Origin: Deinococcus radiodurans R1 = ATCC 13939 = DSM 20539
Lineage (GTDB): Bacteria > Deinococcota > Deinococci > Deinococcales > Deinococcaceae
DNA: 32,000 nt
Assembly: GCF_000008565.1 (NCBI RefSeq)
Contig: NC_001264.1
Span: 217,418 to 249,417 of the forward strand
Reading direction: 5' to 3'
The notes beneath the pieces were generated by a model. It searched no databases and was not told the origin of the DNA. It worked only from the letters and a program-made list of their open reading frames with translations. Shown here one piece after another: positions 20,338 through 28,532 of this stretch. Position numbers and translations under genes: made by a program. Within the stretch, counting starts at the first letter, position 1, and every line of letters starts with the position of its first letter.

Positions 20338-20724
20338 ATGCCCCATCTCACCCTCGAATACACCGACAACCTGCCCGAGCCGCGCATTCCTGAGTTGCTG
20401 CAAAAGCTCAACGGCGTGTTGCTCGCCCGGCCCGACATCTTCCCCGTCGGCGGCATCCGGGCGCGGGCGTATCGCCTCAGCGAATATGCGCTGGCGGACA
20501 GCAGCGAACCGTCCGACGCGTTCGTGCACCTGCGACTGCAAATTGGCGCGGGCCGCAGCGAAGAGGTTAAAAAGGAGACGGGAGATGCCCTCTTTGCCGT
20601 TCTAACCGACCATTTTGCCGCCGAGTTCGCCCAGCGCGGGCTGATGCTCTCGGCGGAAATCAGCGAGTTCAGCGAGGCCGGGACGTGGAAGAAAAACAAT
20701 ATTCACGCGCGGTACCGGAAATGA
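20338..20724 (+). CDS. hpaF: 5-carboxymethyl-2-hydroxymuconate delta-isomerase
   Basis: 128 aa. 'MPHLTLEYTDNL...FPVGGIRARA...DAFVHLRLQIGAGRS...KKNNIH' parallels E. coli HpcD/HpaF ('MPHFIVECSDNI...FPLAGIRSRV...YAFVHMTLKIGAGRS...KQNNVH'). Confidence 0.9.
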   Translation: MPHLTLEYTDNLPEPRIPELLQKLNGVLLARPDIFPVGGIRARAYRLSEYALADSSEPSDAFVHLRLQIGAGRSEEVKKETGDALFAVLTDHFAAEFAQRGLMLSAEISEFSEAGTWKKNNIHARYRK

Positions 20725-21074
20725 CGGGGCCTATCGCTGCCGTCCTGATTCATGTGGGCGACCCCGAGCGCGGCCTCGACTGGTACGAGCAGGCATTCGT
20801 GGGCGCGGTTCGTCGCGTTCTGCCGGACACCGATTTCGAGTATCTGGACTACGCCGGCGTCATGCTGGAAGTGGTGCCCGCCGATGCCAAAGTCGGGTCG
20901 GGCGCGGCGGGCAGTGTGATCTACTGGCAGGTGCCCGATTTCGCAGCGGCGCTGGCCCATTTTCGTGCGCTGGGCGCCGAACTGTACCGTGGTCCGCTGG
21001 ACATCGAGGGCGGCGAGCGTATGGGTCAGGTGCGCGACCCCTGGGGCAACCTCATCGGCTTGCGGGGCCCTTGA
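20721..21074 (+). CDS. Glyoxalase/bleomycin-resistance/dioxygenase (VOC) superfamily protein
   Basis: 117 aa from ATG 20721, with an ATGA overlap on the hpaF stop. 'AAVLIHVGDPERGLDWYEQAF' and 'GQVRDPWGNLIGL' are typical VOC beta-alpha-beta-beta-beta module ends. Confidence 0.7.
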   Translation: MTGPIAAVLIHVGDPERGLDWYEQAFVGAVRRVLPDTDFEYLDYAGVMLEVVPADAKVGSGAAGSVIYWQVPDFAAALAHFRALGAELYRGPLDIEGGERMGQVRDPWGNLIGLRGP

Positions 21075-21113
21075 CGGCGGAGCGCTGTAGCTTTCCCCCG
21101 GCGTACCCGAAGC

Positions 21114-21878
21114 TCACTGCTCGCCGTGCTCCTGCCGCTGCTCCACGTGCTCGTCCACCCGCGCCGCCATGCCTTCGGGCAGTTGTTCGGTGCCCACCGG
21201 CTGCACCGGGGTTTCCGAGGGCGGCGGGCTGGTCTTGCCCTTGCGGAGCATGTCCTGCACCTGCTGCCGGGTGCGGTGCATGGAACCGTGAGCAAAGCGG
21301 CGTTGCAGCGAGCGCCCGAAGAGGCGAAAGCCGATGCGGTAAAAGGGATTGCTGATGTGCCCGGTCTTGGACACCGCGTGAATCCGCATCAGCACGCGCC
21401 CGGTGTTCAGTTGCTTGTGGATGGTGAATTCGATCTGGCCCTGCTCGAAGTGGCCTTCGAGGGTGTGGTAGTTGTAGCCCCAGACCGCTTCCAGGGTGCC
21501 GTCGGGGGCGGTGCGCTGCTCGTTGATGACTTTGCCCACCCGCACGCCGAACCAGAAGGTAAAGAACAGAAAGCGGCCCCGCAGCACCATCACCCGGTCT
21601 TCGAGCGGCGTGTCGGGTACGAAGATGCCGGTGATAAGTTCGGGCGGCGGGAAGCTGTAATTCCGCAACACCTGCTGAGCGGCTTCGAAGGAACCACCCG
21701 GAACCGGCGCACCGGGCGCCTCGGCGGGCAGCTCCTCCTCATAGTCGTCGATGTGCCAGCCGGTTTTGCTGGTGTACTCGTTCATCCGGGTGAGGTCGAA
21801 GCTCGCCTGGGCCTTGGAATAGGCTTCCAGCCGGGCCTTTTGCACCTCGTAGAGTGGGGGCTGCTCGTGGCGGCTCAC
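21114..21878 (-). CDS. DUF1990 (UPF0548)-like protein, long form
   Basis: 254 aa. 'GGSFEAAQQVLRNYSF' and 'VWGYNYHTLEGHFEQGQIEFTIHK' match the recalled DUF1990 core pattern (G-x-G-x-F...W ; Y-x-T-L-x-G-H-x-x-x-G-E-x-F). It has a basic/Pro-rich C-terminal tail. Its start overlaps the upstream gene's stop (ATGA, 21875-21878). Confidence 0.55.
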   Translation of the reverse strand: MSRHEQPPLYEVQKARLEAYSKAQASFDLTRMNEYTSKTGWHIDDYEEELPAEAPGAPVPGGSFEAAQQVLRNYSFPPPELITGIFVPDTPLEDRVMVLRGRFLFFTFWFGVRVGKVINEQRTAPDGTLEAVWGYNYHTLEGHFEQGQIEFTIHKQLNTGRVLMRIHAVSKTGHISNPFYRIGFRLFGRSLQRRFAHGSMHRTRQQVQDMLRKGKTSPPPSETPVQPVGTEQLPEGMAARVDEHVEQRQEHGEQ

Positions 21879-22474
21879 TCGGCCTCCGCTTTCACCTCGC
21901 GCGGCATCTCTTCTTTTTCCAGGGTGCGCACCTGAATGTCACCGAGCTGCTGGCCGCCGCTTTTTTCGACCACGCGCTGGCAAAACGACACCCAGGTCTT
22001 TTCCTGCATCTTCTTGCCGACCCCCAGCGTGTCGTAGGTAAAGGCCACCAACCCGTCACGCGAGGCGGCGAGCGAGCGAATCTCGAAGTGCCAGGCGTCG
22101 GCGAAGTGTTCGTGCGGCGTCAGGGAAAAGCAGATGGTCCCGGCCTCGGGGTGGCCCTTGAGGGTCTCGAAGGTGAAGGAATGGTCGTCCACGTCGGTCA
22201 CCCGCACGTCGCCGTTCCAGGGACCGAGAATGCGGATGCAGAACTGGTCGCCGACGCGCAGTTCGCGCTCCTCGCCCACCGTCTTTTCGAAGTTGGCGAG
22301 CAGGCCGGGCGAGTAGTGCTCGATCTTGAGCTTGATGTCGCGCATCAGCTCCGGCGCGGGCAGGGTCGGGTTCTGAAACTCCACCCAGTAGCGGCGCTCC
22401 AGCAGATTGTTGGCCCCGCTGCTCGCGGTCTGCTTGTCCTTGTGTTGCTCGGGCTTGACGCTTTCTCCGGTCAT
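21875..22474 (-). CDS. DUF1990-like protein, short form (divergent paralog)
   Basis: 199 aa. 'ILGPWNGDVRVTDVDDHSFTFETLKGHPEAGTICFSL' has the same T-L-x-G-H-P-E-x-G core as its neighbour. There is no Shine-Dalgarno sequence. CACACT lies 6 nt upstream of the ATG. Confidence 0.5.
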   Translation of the reverse strand: MTGESVKPEQHKDKQTASSGANNLLERRYWVEFQNPTLPAPELMRDIKLKIEHYSPGLLANFEKTVGEERELRVGDQFCIRILGPWNGDVRVTDVDDHSFTFETLKGHPEAGTICFSLTPHEHFADAWHFEIRSLAASRDGLVAFTYDTLGVGKKMQEKTWVSFCQRVVEKSGGQQLGDIQVRTLEKEEMPREVKAEAE

Positions 22475-22488
22475 GCCGACAGTGTGCG

Positions 22489-22526
22489 CCGCAGGTCGCC
22501 CGGCTGTGTTGACCAGGAACCTGCGG
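22489..22526 (-). other. Stem-loop between the Mo-enzyme operon A and the DUF1990 pair
   Basis: Perfect 8-bp inverted repeat CCGCAGGT (22489-22496) / ACCTGCGG (22519-22526) with a 22-nt loop, inside the 97-nt gap. No U-tract follows on the minus strand, so it is not a canonical terminator. Confidence 0.3.
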
Positions 22527-22571
22527 CACGGTTAATGAAGGCGCCCGGTAAAAGGTGCTGGTAAAGGAACC

Positions 22572-24800
22572 TCAGCCCCGTTCCTGGCGGCTCCAACCGC
22601 TCAGGATTTTCTCCATCGTCAGCGGGTAATCGCGCACGCGCACGCCGGTCGCGTTGTAGACCGCGTTCGCCACCGCCGCGCCCACGCCGCAGATGCCGAG
22701 TTCACCGATGCCCTTGGCCTTGACCGGCGAGGACTTGTCGTCGAGTTCGTCGAGAAAAATCACGTCGAGGTCAGGAATGTCGGCGTGAACCGGCACGTGG
22801 TACTCGGCGAGGTCATGGTTGACGAACAGCCCGCGCCCGGTGTCCACCTTCAGCTCCTCCATCAGCGCGGCGCCGATGCCCATCGTCATGCCGCCGAGGC
22901 ACTGGCTGCGGGCGGTGACGGGGTTGAGGATGCGTCCGGCGGCGGCCACGCTCAGCAGCCGGCGCACCCGCGTTTCGCCGGTCACCACGTCCACTGCCAC
23001 CTCGGCGAAGTGCGCCCCGAAGCTCGCCTGCACGTAGCGCTCGGTGAGGTCGCCGAAACTCGCTTCCCCGGTGGCACTCAGGCCTCCCTTGCCCGCCAGG
23101 CCCCTGAGCGCCGCCCGTTTGCCGCCCTGGCCGTCGCGCACGTACCCTTCTTCAAAGACCGCCGTGTTCGGGTCGAAGCCGAGTTCCTTGGCAATCGCGG
23201 TCCGCAGGTCGCGGCAGGCGTAATAGACGCTGCTGGAGGAACTGTTGGCGCCAAAAGACCCGCCCGACCCGGCGGCGCGGGGAAAGTCGGTGTCGCCCAG
23301 CCGGACCGTGACCTGTTCGAGCGTCAGCCCCAGCATCTCGGCAGCCACCTGCCCCAGAATGGTGTAGCTGCCGGTGCCGATGTCGGTCATCTGCGTTTCC
23401 ACCGTCAGGGTGCCGTCCTGCTCGAGCCGTACGCGGGCGCCGGATTTCTGCACCAGGTTGCCGCGGAAGGCCGAGGCGACGCCCAGGCCGACCAGCCAGT
23501 CGCCCTCGCGGCGCTCGCCGGGCCTGCGGCGCTCCTTCCAGCCGAACCGCTCGGCGCCCACCGTCAGGGCCTCGACCAGGCGGCGCGAGGAGTAGGGGCG
23601 GCCCGGGCCTTTCTCCGGGTCGTATTGCACGTCGTTGAGGATGCGCAGCTCCACCGGGTCCATGTCCAGCGCCTCGGCGAGTTCGTCCACCGCGCATTCC
23701 AGGGCGAGCATGCCCACCCCCTCGCCGGGCGCGCGCATGGAGGCGCCGGGGGGCAGCCCGAGTTCGGCCAGCCGGGTGCGAATCAGGCGGTGTTCGCCCG
23801 CGTAGAGCAGCTTGGTCTGGTCGGCGGCGGTCTCGGCGTCCCCGCCGGGCAGGTTGCCGGAAAAGGAGTCGTGCCCCACGGCGATGAGGCGGCCCGACTT
23901 CTCGGCCCCGAGCCGCAGGCGCTGCACGGTGGCGGGGCGGTGGCTGGTGTGATTGAAAATCTGGTGCCGGGTCAGCATCACCTTGACCGGGCGCCCGAGT
24001 TGCCGCGCCGCCGCCGCCGCGAGCACCGCGTCGGCGTAGAACAGCAGCTTGGAGCCGAAGCCCCCGCCCACGTAGGCGCTGACGATGCGGATGTCCTTTT
24101 GCGGCACCTGCAGGGTCTTGGCCAGGCCCCGGTGGACCCAGTGCAGAATCTGGTGCGAGGTGTAGAGCGTGAGCCGGTCGCCTTCCCAGTGGGCGAGGCT
24201 GGAATGCGGCTCCATCGGCGCCTGCGACTGGTCGGGGGTGGTGTAGGTCACGTCCACCCGAACCGGCGCCGAGCCGAAGGCCCGGTCAAAGTCGCCCACC
24301 ACGCTGTCTTCGGAGTCGCTGGTCGGTTCTGCCTGCCCGAGCTGCGCGGCGAGGTCGTAGGCTCCGTCCAGGCGGCGGTAACGCACCCGGATGAGGCGGG
24401 CGGCGGCGCGGGCCTGCTCGAAGGTGTCGGCCACCACCAGGGCAATCGCCTGGTCGTGGTGGTGGATGGCGGTTCCGGCGAGCTGCGGCGTGGCGTCGTC
24501 CTGCTGGGGAGCGACGCCGGGGTTCTCGCCCTGGGCGGGCATATTTTTGTGGGTCAGGACGAGCTGCACGCCCGGCGCAGCCTCGGCCTCGGCGGTGTCG
24601 ATGTCGAGCAGGCTGCCGTGCGCGATGTCGGAGCCGAGGACGAACCCGTAGGCGGCGTCCCGCAGCGCGGCGTCCCGGTACTCGTAGGCGTAGGTGGCCT
24701 GCCCGGTGACCTTGAGCGGCCCTTCCTTGCGGGGGTGGGGCCGGGTCAGCACCCGTTCCTGGTCGAGCGGGGTGGGTCCGGCGGGTTCGGTGAATTTCAT
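22572..24800 (-). CDS. Xanthine-oxidase-family molybdopterin-binding large subunit (PaoC/aldehyde oxidoreductase-like), operon A
   Basis: 742 aa. '[12 protein letters not shown]', '[10 protein letters not shown]', '[21 protein letters not shown]' and '[26 protein letters not shown]' (catalytic Glu region) are present. ATGA overlap with the FAD subunit gene. Confidence 0.9.
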   Translation of the reverse strand: MKFTEPAGPTPLDQERVLTRPHPRKEGPLKVTGQATYAYEYRDAALRDAAYGFVLGSDIAHGSLLDIDTAEAEAAPGVQLVLTHKNMPAQGENPGVAPQQDDATPQLAGTAIHHHDQAIALVVADTFEQARAAARLIRVRYRRLDGAYDLAAQLGQAEPTSDSEDSVVGDFDRAFGSAPVRVDVTYTTPDQSQAPMEPHSSLAHWEGDRLTLYTSHQILHWVHRGLAKTLQVPQKDIRIVSAYVGGGFGSKLLFYADAVLAAAAARQLGRPVKVMLTRHQIFNHTSHRPATVQRLRLGAEKSGRLIAVGHDSFSGNLPGGDAETAADQTKLLYAGEHRLIRTRLAELGLPPGASMRAPGEGVGMLALECAVDELAEALDMDPVELRILNDVQYDPEKGPGRPYSSRRLVEALTVGAERFGWKERRRPGERREGDWLVGLGVASAFRGNLVQKSGARVRLEQDGTLTVETQMTDIGTGSYTILGQVAAEMLGLTLEQVTVRLGDTDFPRAAGSGGSFGANSSSSSVYYACRDLRTAIAKELGFDPNTAVFEEGYVRDGQGGKRAALRGLAGKGGLSATGEASFGDLTERYVQASFGAHFAEVAVDVVTGETRVRRLLSVAAAGRILNPVTARSQCLGGMTMGIGAALMEELKVDTGRGLFVNHDLAEYHVPVHADIPDLDVIFLDELDDKSSPVKAKGIGELGICGVGAAVANAVYNATGVRVRDYPLTMEKILSGWSRQERG

Positions 24801-25831
24801 TTCTCGCCTCCAGACGGGGCAGTGGTTAATTCTGGCACCTGGGGCGTCGGGTGCGACGCGGCGAGGTGGTGCGCGGGCAGCTCCTCGTTCATCGCCTCGG
24901 CGAGCAGGCGGCGGGCGAGGACGAGTTTGAAGGCGTTTTGCTCGGTGGGCCGGGCGCCCTCAAAGAGCTTGTCGAACACAGCGTCGGCCCCCTGCGCGAG
25001 CAGTTCCTCGGCGGCTTCCATCCGCCAGGGACGCGGCGCCAGGCCCCCGAAGGCGAAATGCATCCAGCGGCTACCTCCGCGCCCGCCCTTCACGGTGGCG
25101 AGCGACACGGCGGCAAAGGCGTAGGACGAACGGTCGCGCACCTTGCGGTAGCTCTGCTCGGGGCCGGCGGGCGGGGGCAGAATCACGGCGGTGACGAGTT
25201 CACCGGGTTCCAGCGCGTTCTCGATGTGCGGGGTGTTGCCGGGGAGCCGGTAAAAGTCGTCGAGCGCGAGGCGGCGCGTTTCGCCATTGACCTGGCGGGT
25301 TTCCACCTCGGCGCCGAGCACCCGCAGCGCCACCGCCATGTCGGAGGGGTGCTGAGCGATGCAGGAGTCGCTGACGCCGACGACGGCGAGGTCACGGTTC
25401 ACGCCACCGGGGGCCAGAGCGCCGCAGCCGGTGCCGGGTTCGCGCTTGTTGCACGGCAGGGCGCGGTCGTAGAAGTAGTGGCAGCGGGTGCGCTGAAGCA
25501 GATTCCCCGCCGTGCTCGCCCGGTTGCGAATCTGGGTGGACGCCCCAGCGAGAATGGCGCGGCTGAGCACCTCGTACTCCCGCCGCACACGGGGGTCGGC
25601 GGCGAGCGCGGTGTTGCGAACGAGAGCGCCGATACGCAAGCCACCATCCGCCGTCGCTTCGATGGTGTCGAGGCCAGCGTGGTTGAGGTCGAGGAGCTGA
25701 GCCGGAGCCTCGATTTCCAGCTTCATCAGGTCGAGCAGGTTGGTGCCGCCCGCGATGTATTTGCCGTCCGGCGCGAGTTGCGTGAGGGCCGCTTTGGCCG
25801 AGTCGGCCCGCTCGTAGGTAAACGCTTTCAT
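24797..25831 (-). CDS. FAD-binding medium subunit (PaoB/CoxM-like) with a four-Cys motif, operon A
   Basis: It starts '[11 protein letters not shown]' at ATG 25831, with an ATGA overlap on the small-subunit gene. The FAD-binding motif is '[13 protein letters not shown]', followed by '[35 protein letters not shown]...[11 protein letters not shown]'. Confidence 0.9.
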   Translation of the reverse strand: MKAFTYERADSAKAALTQLAPDGKYIAGGTNLLDLMKLEIEAPAQLLDLNHAGLDTIEATADGGLRIGALVRNTALAADPRVRREYEVLSRAILAGASTQIRNRASTAGNLLQRTRCHYFYDRALPCNKREPGTGCGALAPGGVNRDLAVVGVSDSCIAQHPSDMAVALRVLGAEVETRQVNGETRRLALDDFYRLPGNTPHIENALEPGELVTAVILPPPAGPEQSYRKVRDRSSYAFAAVSLATVKGGRGGSRWMHFAFGGLAPRPWRMEAAEELLAQGADAVFDKLFEGARPTEQNAFKLVLARRLLAEAMNEELPAHHLAASHPTPQVPELTTAPSGGEK

Positions 25832-26391
25832 TGTCCCCCCTGGCTCTGCTCGTGCACGTCGCGCACCGCCGCCACGATGTTGGGATAAGCGGCGCAGCGG
25901 CAAAGGTTACCGCTCATGCGTTCGCGCACCTCGCTGTCGGAAAACTTCACCTGACCGAGGTCGGCAGTGACGTGGCTGGGAATCCCGCGCTCGATTTCAC
26001 CGAGGACGGAGACCGCCGCCATGATTTGCCCACAGGTGCAGTAGCCGCACTGGTAGCCGTCGTGCTCGATAAAAGCCTGCTGCATGGGGTGGAGATGCTC
26101 GGGCGTGCCGAGGCCCTCGATGGTCGTCACCTCATCGCCGTCGTGCATGACAGCCAGCGACAGGCAACTGTTGAGACGCTCGCCGTTGACGATGACGGTG
26201 CAAGAACCGCACTGGCCGTGGTCACAGCCTTTCTTGGTCCCGGTGAGGTCGAGGTGTTCGCGCAGCGCGTCGAGCAGCGAGGTGCGCGGGTCGAGGGTCA
26301 GGGTGCGGCGCTCGCCGTTGACGGTCAGGGTGACAGGCAACAAAGGCTCGGGCGCGGCACCCACAGGGGAACGTTGGGAAGAAGGAGTCAT
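25828..26391 (-). CDS. [2Fe-2S]x2 small subunit (PaoA/CoxS-like), operon A
   Basis: 187 aa. '[14 protein letters not shown]', '[13 protein letters not shown]' and '[12 protein letters not shown]' are present. There is no twin-arginine signal. GAGG lies upstream of the ATG. Confidence 0.9.
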   Translation of the reverse strand: MTPSSQRSPVGAAPEPLLPVTLTVNGERRTLTLDPRTSLLDALREHLDLTGTKKGCDHGQCGSCTVIVNGERLNSCLSLAVMHDGDEVTTIEGLGTPEHLHPMQQAFIEHDGYQCGYCTCGQIMAAVSVLGEIERGIPSHVTADLGQVKFSDSEVRERMSGNLCRCAAYPNIVAAVRDVHEQSQGGQ

Positions 26392-26448
26392 AGCAAGACC
26401 TCATGGAGCGAAAGTTAGGCGGCGAAAGAAAAATGGCGAGCACGAACA

Positions 26449-26484
26449 GTGGAGAAGCGGGAAGTTCTCTCCCGGCTTCTCCAC
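26449..26484 (-). terminator. Strong hairpin downstream of the small hydrophilic ORF (possible terminator or attenuator)
   Basis: GTGGAGAAGC (26449-26458) pairs perfectly with GCTTCTCCAC (26475-26484), and further partial pairing occurs inside. On the minus strand a TTTTT tract follows only about 17 nt later, so this is not a canonical terminator. Confidence 0.4.
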
Positions 26485-26548
26485 AACTCGCTCAGATGTT
26501 GATAGGCCCGGCAGTGCGGGGCACCAACAAGCCTCAGTGGGGGCGAGC

Positions 26549-26722
26549 TCAGCTGTTGCCGTCTTTGCCGCCACCGCTTTCGCTGCCGTTGCGGCGCCCG
26601 TCGCCGTTCTTCTCGTCGGTGCTGGGTTGACCGTCGCCCGGGTCGCGCTGACCGCCGGACTTCGGCTCGTTGTCGCGCTCATGCGAACGCTCGGGGTCGT
26701 TCTTCTTTTCAGCTTGGGTCAT
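26549..26722 (-). CDS. Small hydrophilic, low-complexity protein (57 aa), not in the supplied ORF track
   Basis: Hand translation gives MTQAEKKNDPERSHERDNEPKSGGQRDPGDGQPSTDEKNGDGRRNGSESGGGKDGNS. It is bounded by an in-frame TAG five codons upstream of the ATG and by a TGA at 26549-26551. Third codon positions are strongly G/C-biased, as in neighbouring genes. TAGGGT lies 6 nt upstream of the ATG. A hairpin lies 65 nt downstream. Confidence 0.55.
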   Translation of the reverse strand: MTQAEKKNDPERSHERDNEPKSGGQRDPGDGQPSTDEKNGDGRRNGSESGGGKDGNS

Positions 26723-26728
26723 GGACTC

Positions 26729-26734
26729 ACCCTA
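26729..26734 (-). promoter_or_regulatory. -10-like box TAGGGT, 6 nt upstream of ATG 26722 (leaderless-type start)
   Basis: The minus strand reads gcgTAGGGTgagtccATGacc. The geometry matches the regulator, wrbA, hypothetical and PucR starts. Confidence 0.35.
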
Positions 26735-26955
26735 CGCAGGCGGCAGCGGCGCAGACGTGAGAAAACGCCCAAGCGACTTGAGCGTGCCCCGCACTGCAAA
26801 GGTCGGCCCCACCGGAAAGATAGACAACATCCTTCATTTTCCCTTAAATGACGTCCCTGACGCGGACACGACTCATGTTTCGGGATGGGAAGGCGCGTTT
26901 ATGCTTGCGCCAATCCGATGTCGGTGTCGGTTCAATCTCTTTGAGGAAGGTCCAC

Positions 26956-27519
26956 ATGAATATCCCGGTGCAACTCACAGTCAACGGAGAGAGCCACCAG
27001 CTCGACCTCGACCCGCGCGCCTCGGTGCTTGACACCCTGCGTGACCGCCTGAACGTCATGTCGGTCAAGAAGGGCTGCGACCACGGCCAGTGCGGCGCCT
27101 GCACGGTGCTGATCGACGGCAAGCGCGTGCTGTCCTGCCTCTCGCTGAGTGCGTCCTACGACGGCTCGGAAGTCGTGACCGCCGAGGGGCTGGGCACGCC
27201 CGAGCACCTCCATCCCATGCAGCAGGCCTTCTTAGAGCACGACGGCTTTCAGTGCGGCTACTGCACGCCGGGGCAGATCTGCTCAGCGGTGGGGATGCTG
27301 GACGAACTGGCGCAGGGGATGCCCAGCCACGTCACGCCGGACGTGCGGCAGGAGCCGCAGTTCAACGACGCCGAAATCCGCGAGCGCATGAGTGGCAACC
27401 TCTGCCGCTGCGGGGCTTACGTGAACATCGTCTCGGCCATTCGCGAGGTCGGGCAGACGGCGCAGACCCAGGCGGTCACGCCGCTCCCGGTCGGCGAGCC
27501 GGTGGGGGTGAAGCGGTGA
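26956..27519 (+). CDS. [2Fe-2S]x2 small subunit (PaoA/CoxS-like), operon B
   Basis: GAGGAAGG (26943-26950) precedes ATG 26956. 187 aa. '[14 protein letters not shown]', 'CGYCTPGQICSAV' and 'GNLCRCGAYVNI' are present. There is no Tat signal. Confidence 0.9.
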   Translation: MNIPVQLTVNGESHQLDLDPRASVLDTLRDRLNVMSVKKGCDHGQCGACTVLIDGKRVLSCLSLSASYDGSEVVTAEGLGTPEHLHPMQQAFLEHDGFQCGYCTPGQICSAVGMLDELAQGMPSHVTPDVRQEPQFNDAEIRERMSGNLCRCGAYVNIVSAIREVGQTAQTQAVTPLPVGEPVGVKR

Positions 27520-28532
27520 AGCCCTTCGACTTTCAGCGGGCTGATACGGTGCCGGACGCGCTCGGCAAACTGGCTCCGGGCGGCGCGTATCTGGCTGGCG
27601 GCACCAATCTGGTGGACCACCTGCGCGCCGGGATTCGTGAAGTCGACCAAATCGTGGACGTGTCGCGCCTCGACCTGACCGAAATCACCGAGACTTCTGG
27701 CGGCAGCGTGCGCGTGGGCGCAATGGTCAAGAACAGTGACATGGCGGCGCACCCATTCATCCGAGAGCGCTACCCCATGCTCTCCGAGGCGCTGCTGGCG
27801 GCGGCGTCGGGGCAGATTCGCAACATGGCGACCACCGGGGGCAACCTGCTCCAGCGCACCCGCTGCGTGTACTTCTACGACCCCACCACGCCGTGCAACA
27901 AGCGCGAACCCGGCACCGGCTGCTCGGCCATCGCGGGCTTCGGCAAGTACAACGCGCTGTTCGGCGCCTCTGAGCACTGCGTGACCACCCACCCGTCGGA
28001 CATGTGCGTGGCGCTGGCGGCGCTGGACGCCGTGGTGGTCGTGGAAGGGCAGGGCGGAGAGCGCCGCATTCCCTTCGCCGAGTTTCACCGGCTGCCCGGC
28101 GACACCCCGGAAATCGACACCAACCTGCGTGGCGGCGAACTGATTACCGCCGTAGAGCTTCCCCCGGTGCCGGTGGCCGCACACTCCACCTACCGCAAGG
28201 TGCGCGAGCGGGCGTCGTATGCCTTCGCGCTGGTGTCGGTGGCGGGGGCGCTGCACCTTGAAGGCGGCAATGTGAAAGAAGTCCGGCTGGCCTTCGGCGG
28301 CGTGGCCCACAAGCCCTGGCGCGCGCAGAAGGCCGAAGCCTACCTGACCGGGCGCCCAGCGACCCCCGAGAATTTCCGCGCCGCCATAGAAGCCGAACTC
28401 GCCGACGCCCAGACCGGGCCGGAGAACGCCTTCAAGGTGCCGATGCTGCGCAACACCGTGATTTCGGTGCTGGAAGAACTCGTCGAGAACCGGACGGCCC
28501 AGCGCCGCGCCGAGCAGGGAGGAGCCGCATGA
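27516..28532 (+). CDS. FAD-binding medium subunit (PaoB/CoxM-like) with a four-Cys motif, operon B
   Basis: The GTG 27516 start overlaps the upstream stop (GTGA). 'YLAGGTNLVDHLR' is followed by '[35 protein letters not shown]...SEHCVTTHPSD'. Confidence 0.9.
   Translation: MKPFDFQRADTVPDALGKLAPGGAYLAGGTNLVDHLRAGIREVDQIVDVSRLDLTEITETSGGSVRVGAMVKNSDMAAHPFIRERYPMLSEALLAAASGQIRNMATTGGNLLQRTRCVYFYDPTTPCNKREPGTGCSAIAGFGKYNALFGASEHCVTTHPSDMCVALAALDAVVVVEGQGGERRIPFAEFHRLPGDTPEIDTNLRGGELITAVELPPVPVAAHSTYRKVRERASYAFALVSVAGALHLEGGNVKEVRLAFGGVAHKPWRAQKAEAYLTGRPATPENFRAAIEAELADAQTGPENAFKVPMLRNTVISVLEELVENRTAQRRAEQGGAA

Noticed and set aside
22785-25124. 779-aa ORF antisense to Mo large subunit A. Similar long antisense ORFs are at 12751..13845, 15661..16956, 17462..18397, 18201..19289, 24851..25888, 27417..28310, 28340..29749 and 29765..30796.
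   Set aside because: These are typical high-GC shadow ORFs. Their composition is dominated by Arg, Gly, Ala, Pro and Val. They have no recognisable motifs. Each lies opposite a gene with strong family signatures and proper codon bias.
26401-26682. 93-aa minus-strand ORF and the overlapping + strand ORFs (26403..26630, 26084..26851) in the Mo-operon divergent region
   Set aside because: They have Ala/Thr/Pro/Arg-rich low-complexity translations with no start-site signals. The alternative minus-strand frame at 26549..26722 has better codon bias, a bounded start and promoter-like and hairpin signals, so I preferred it.
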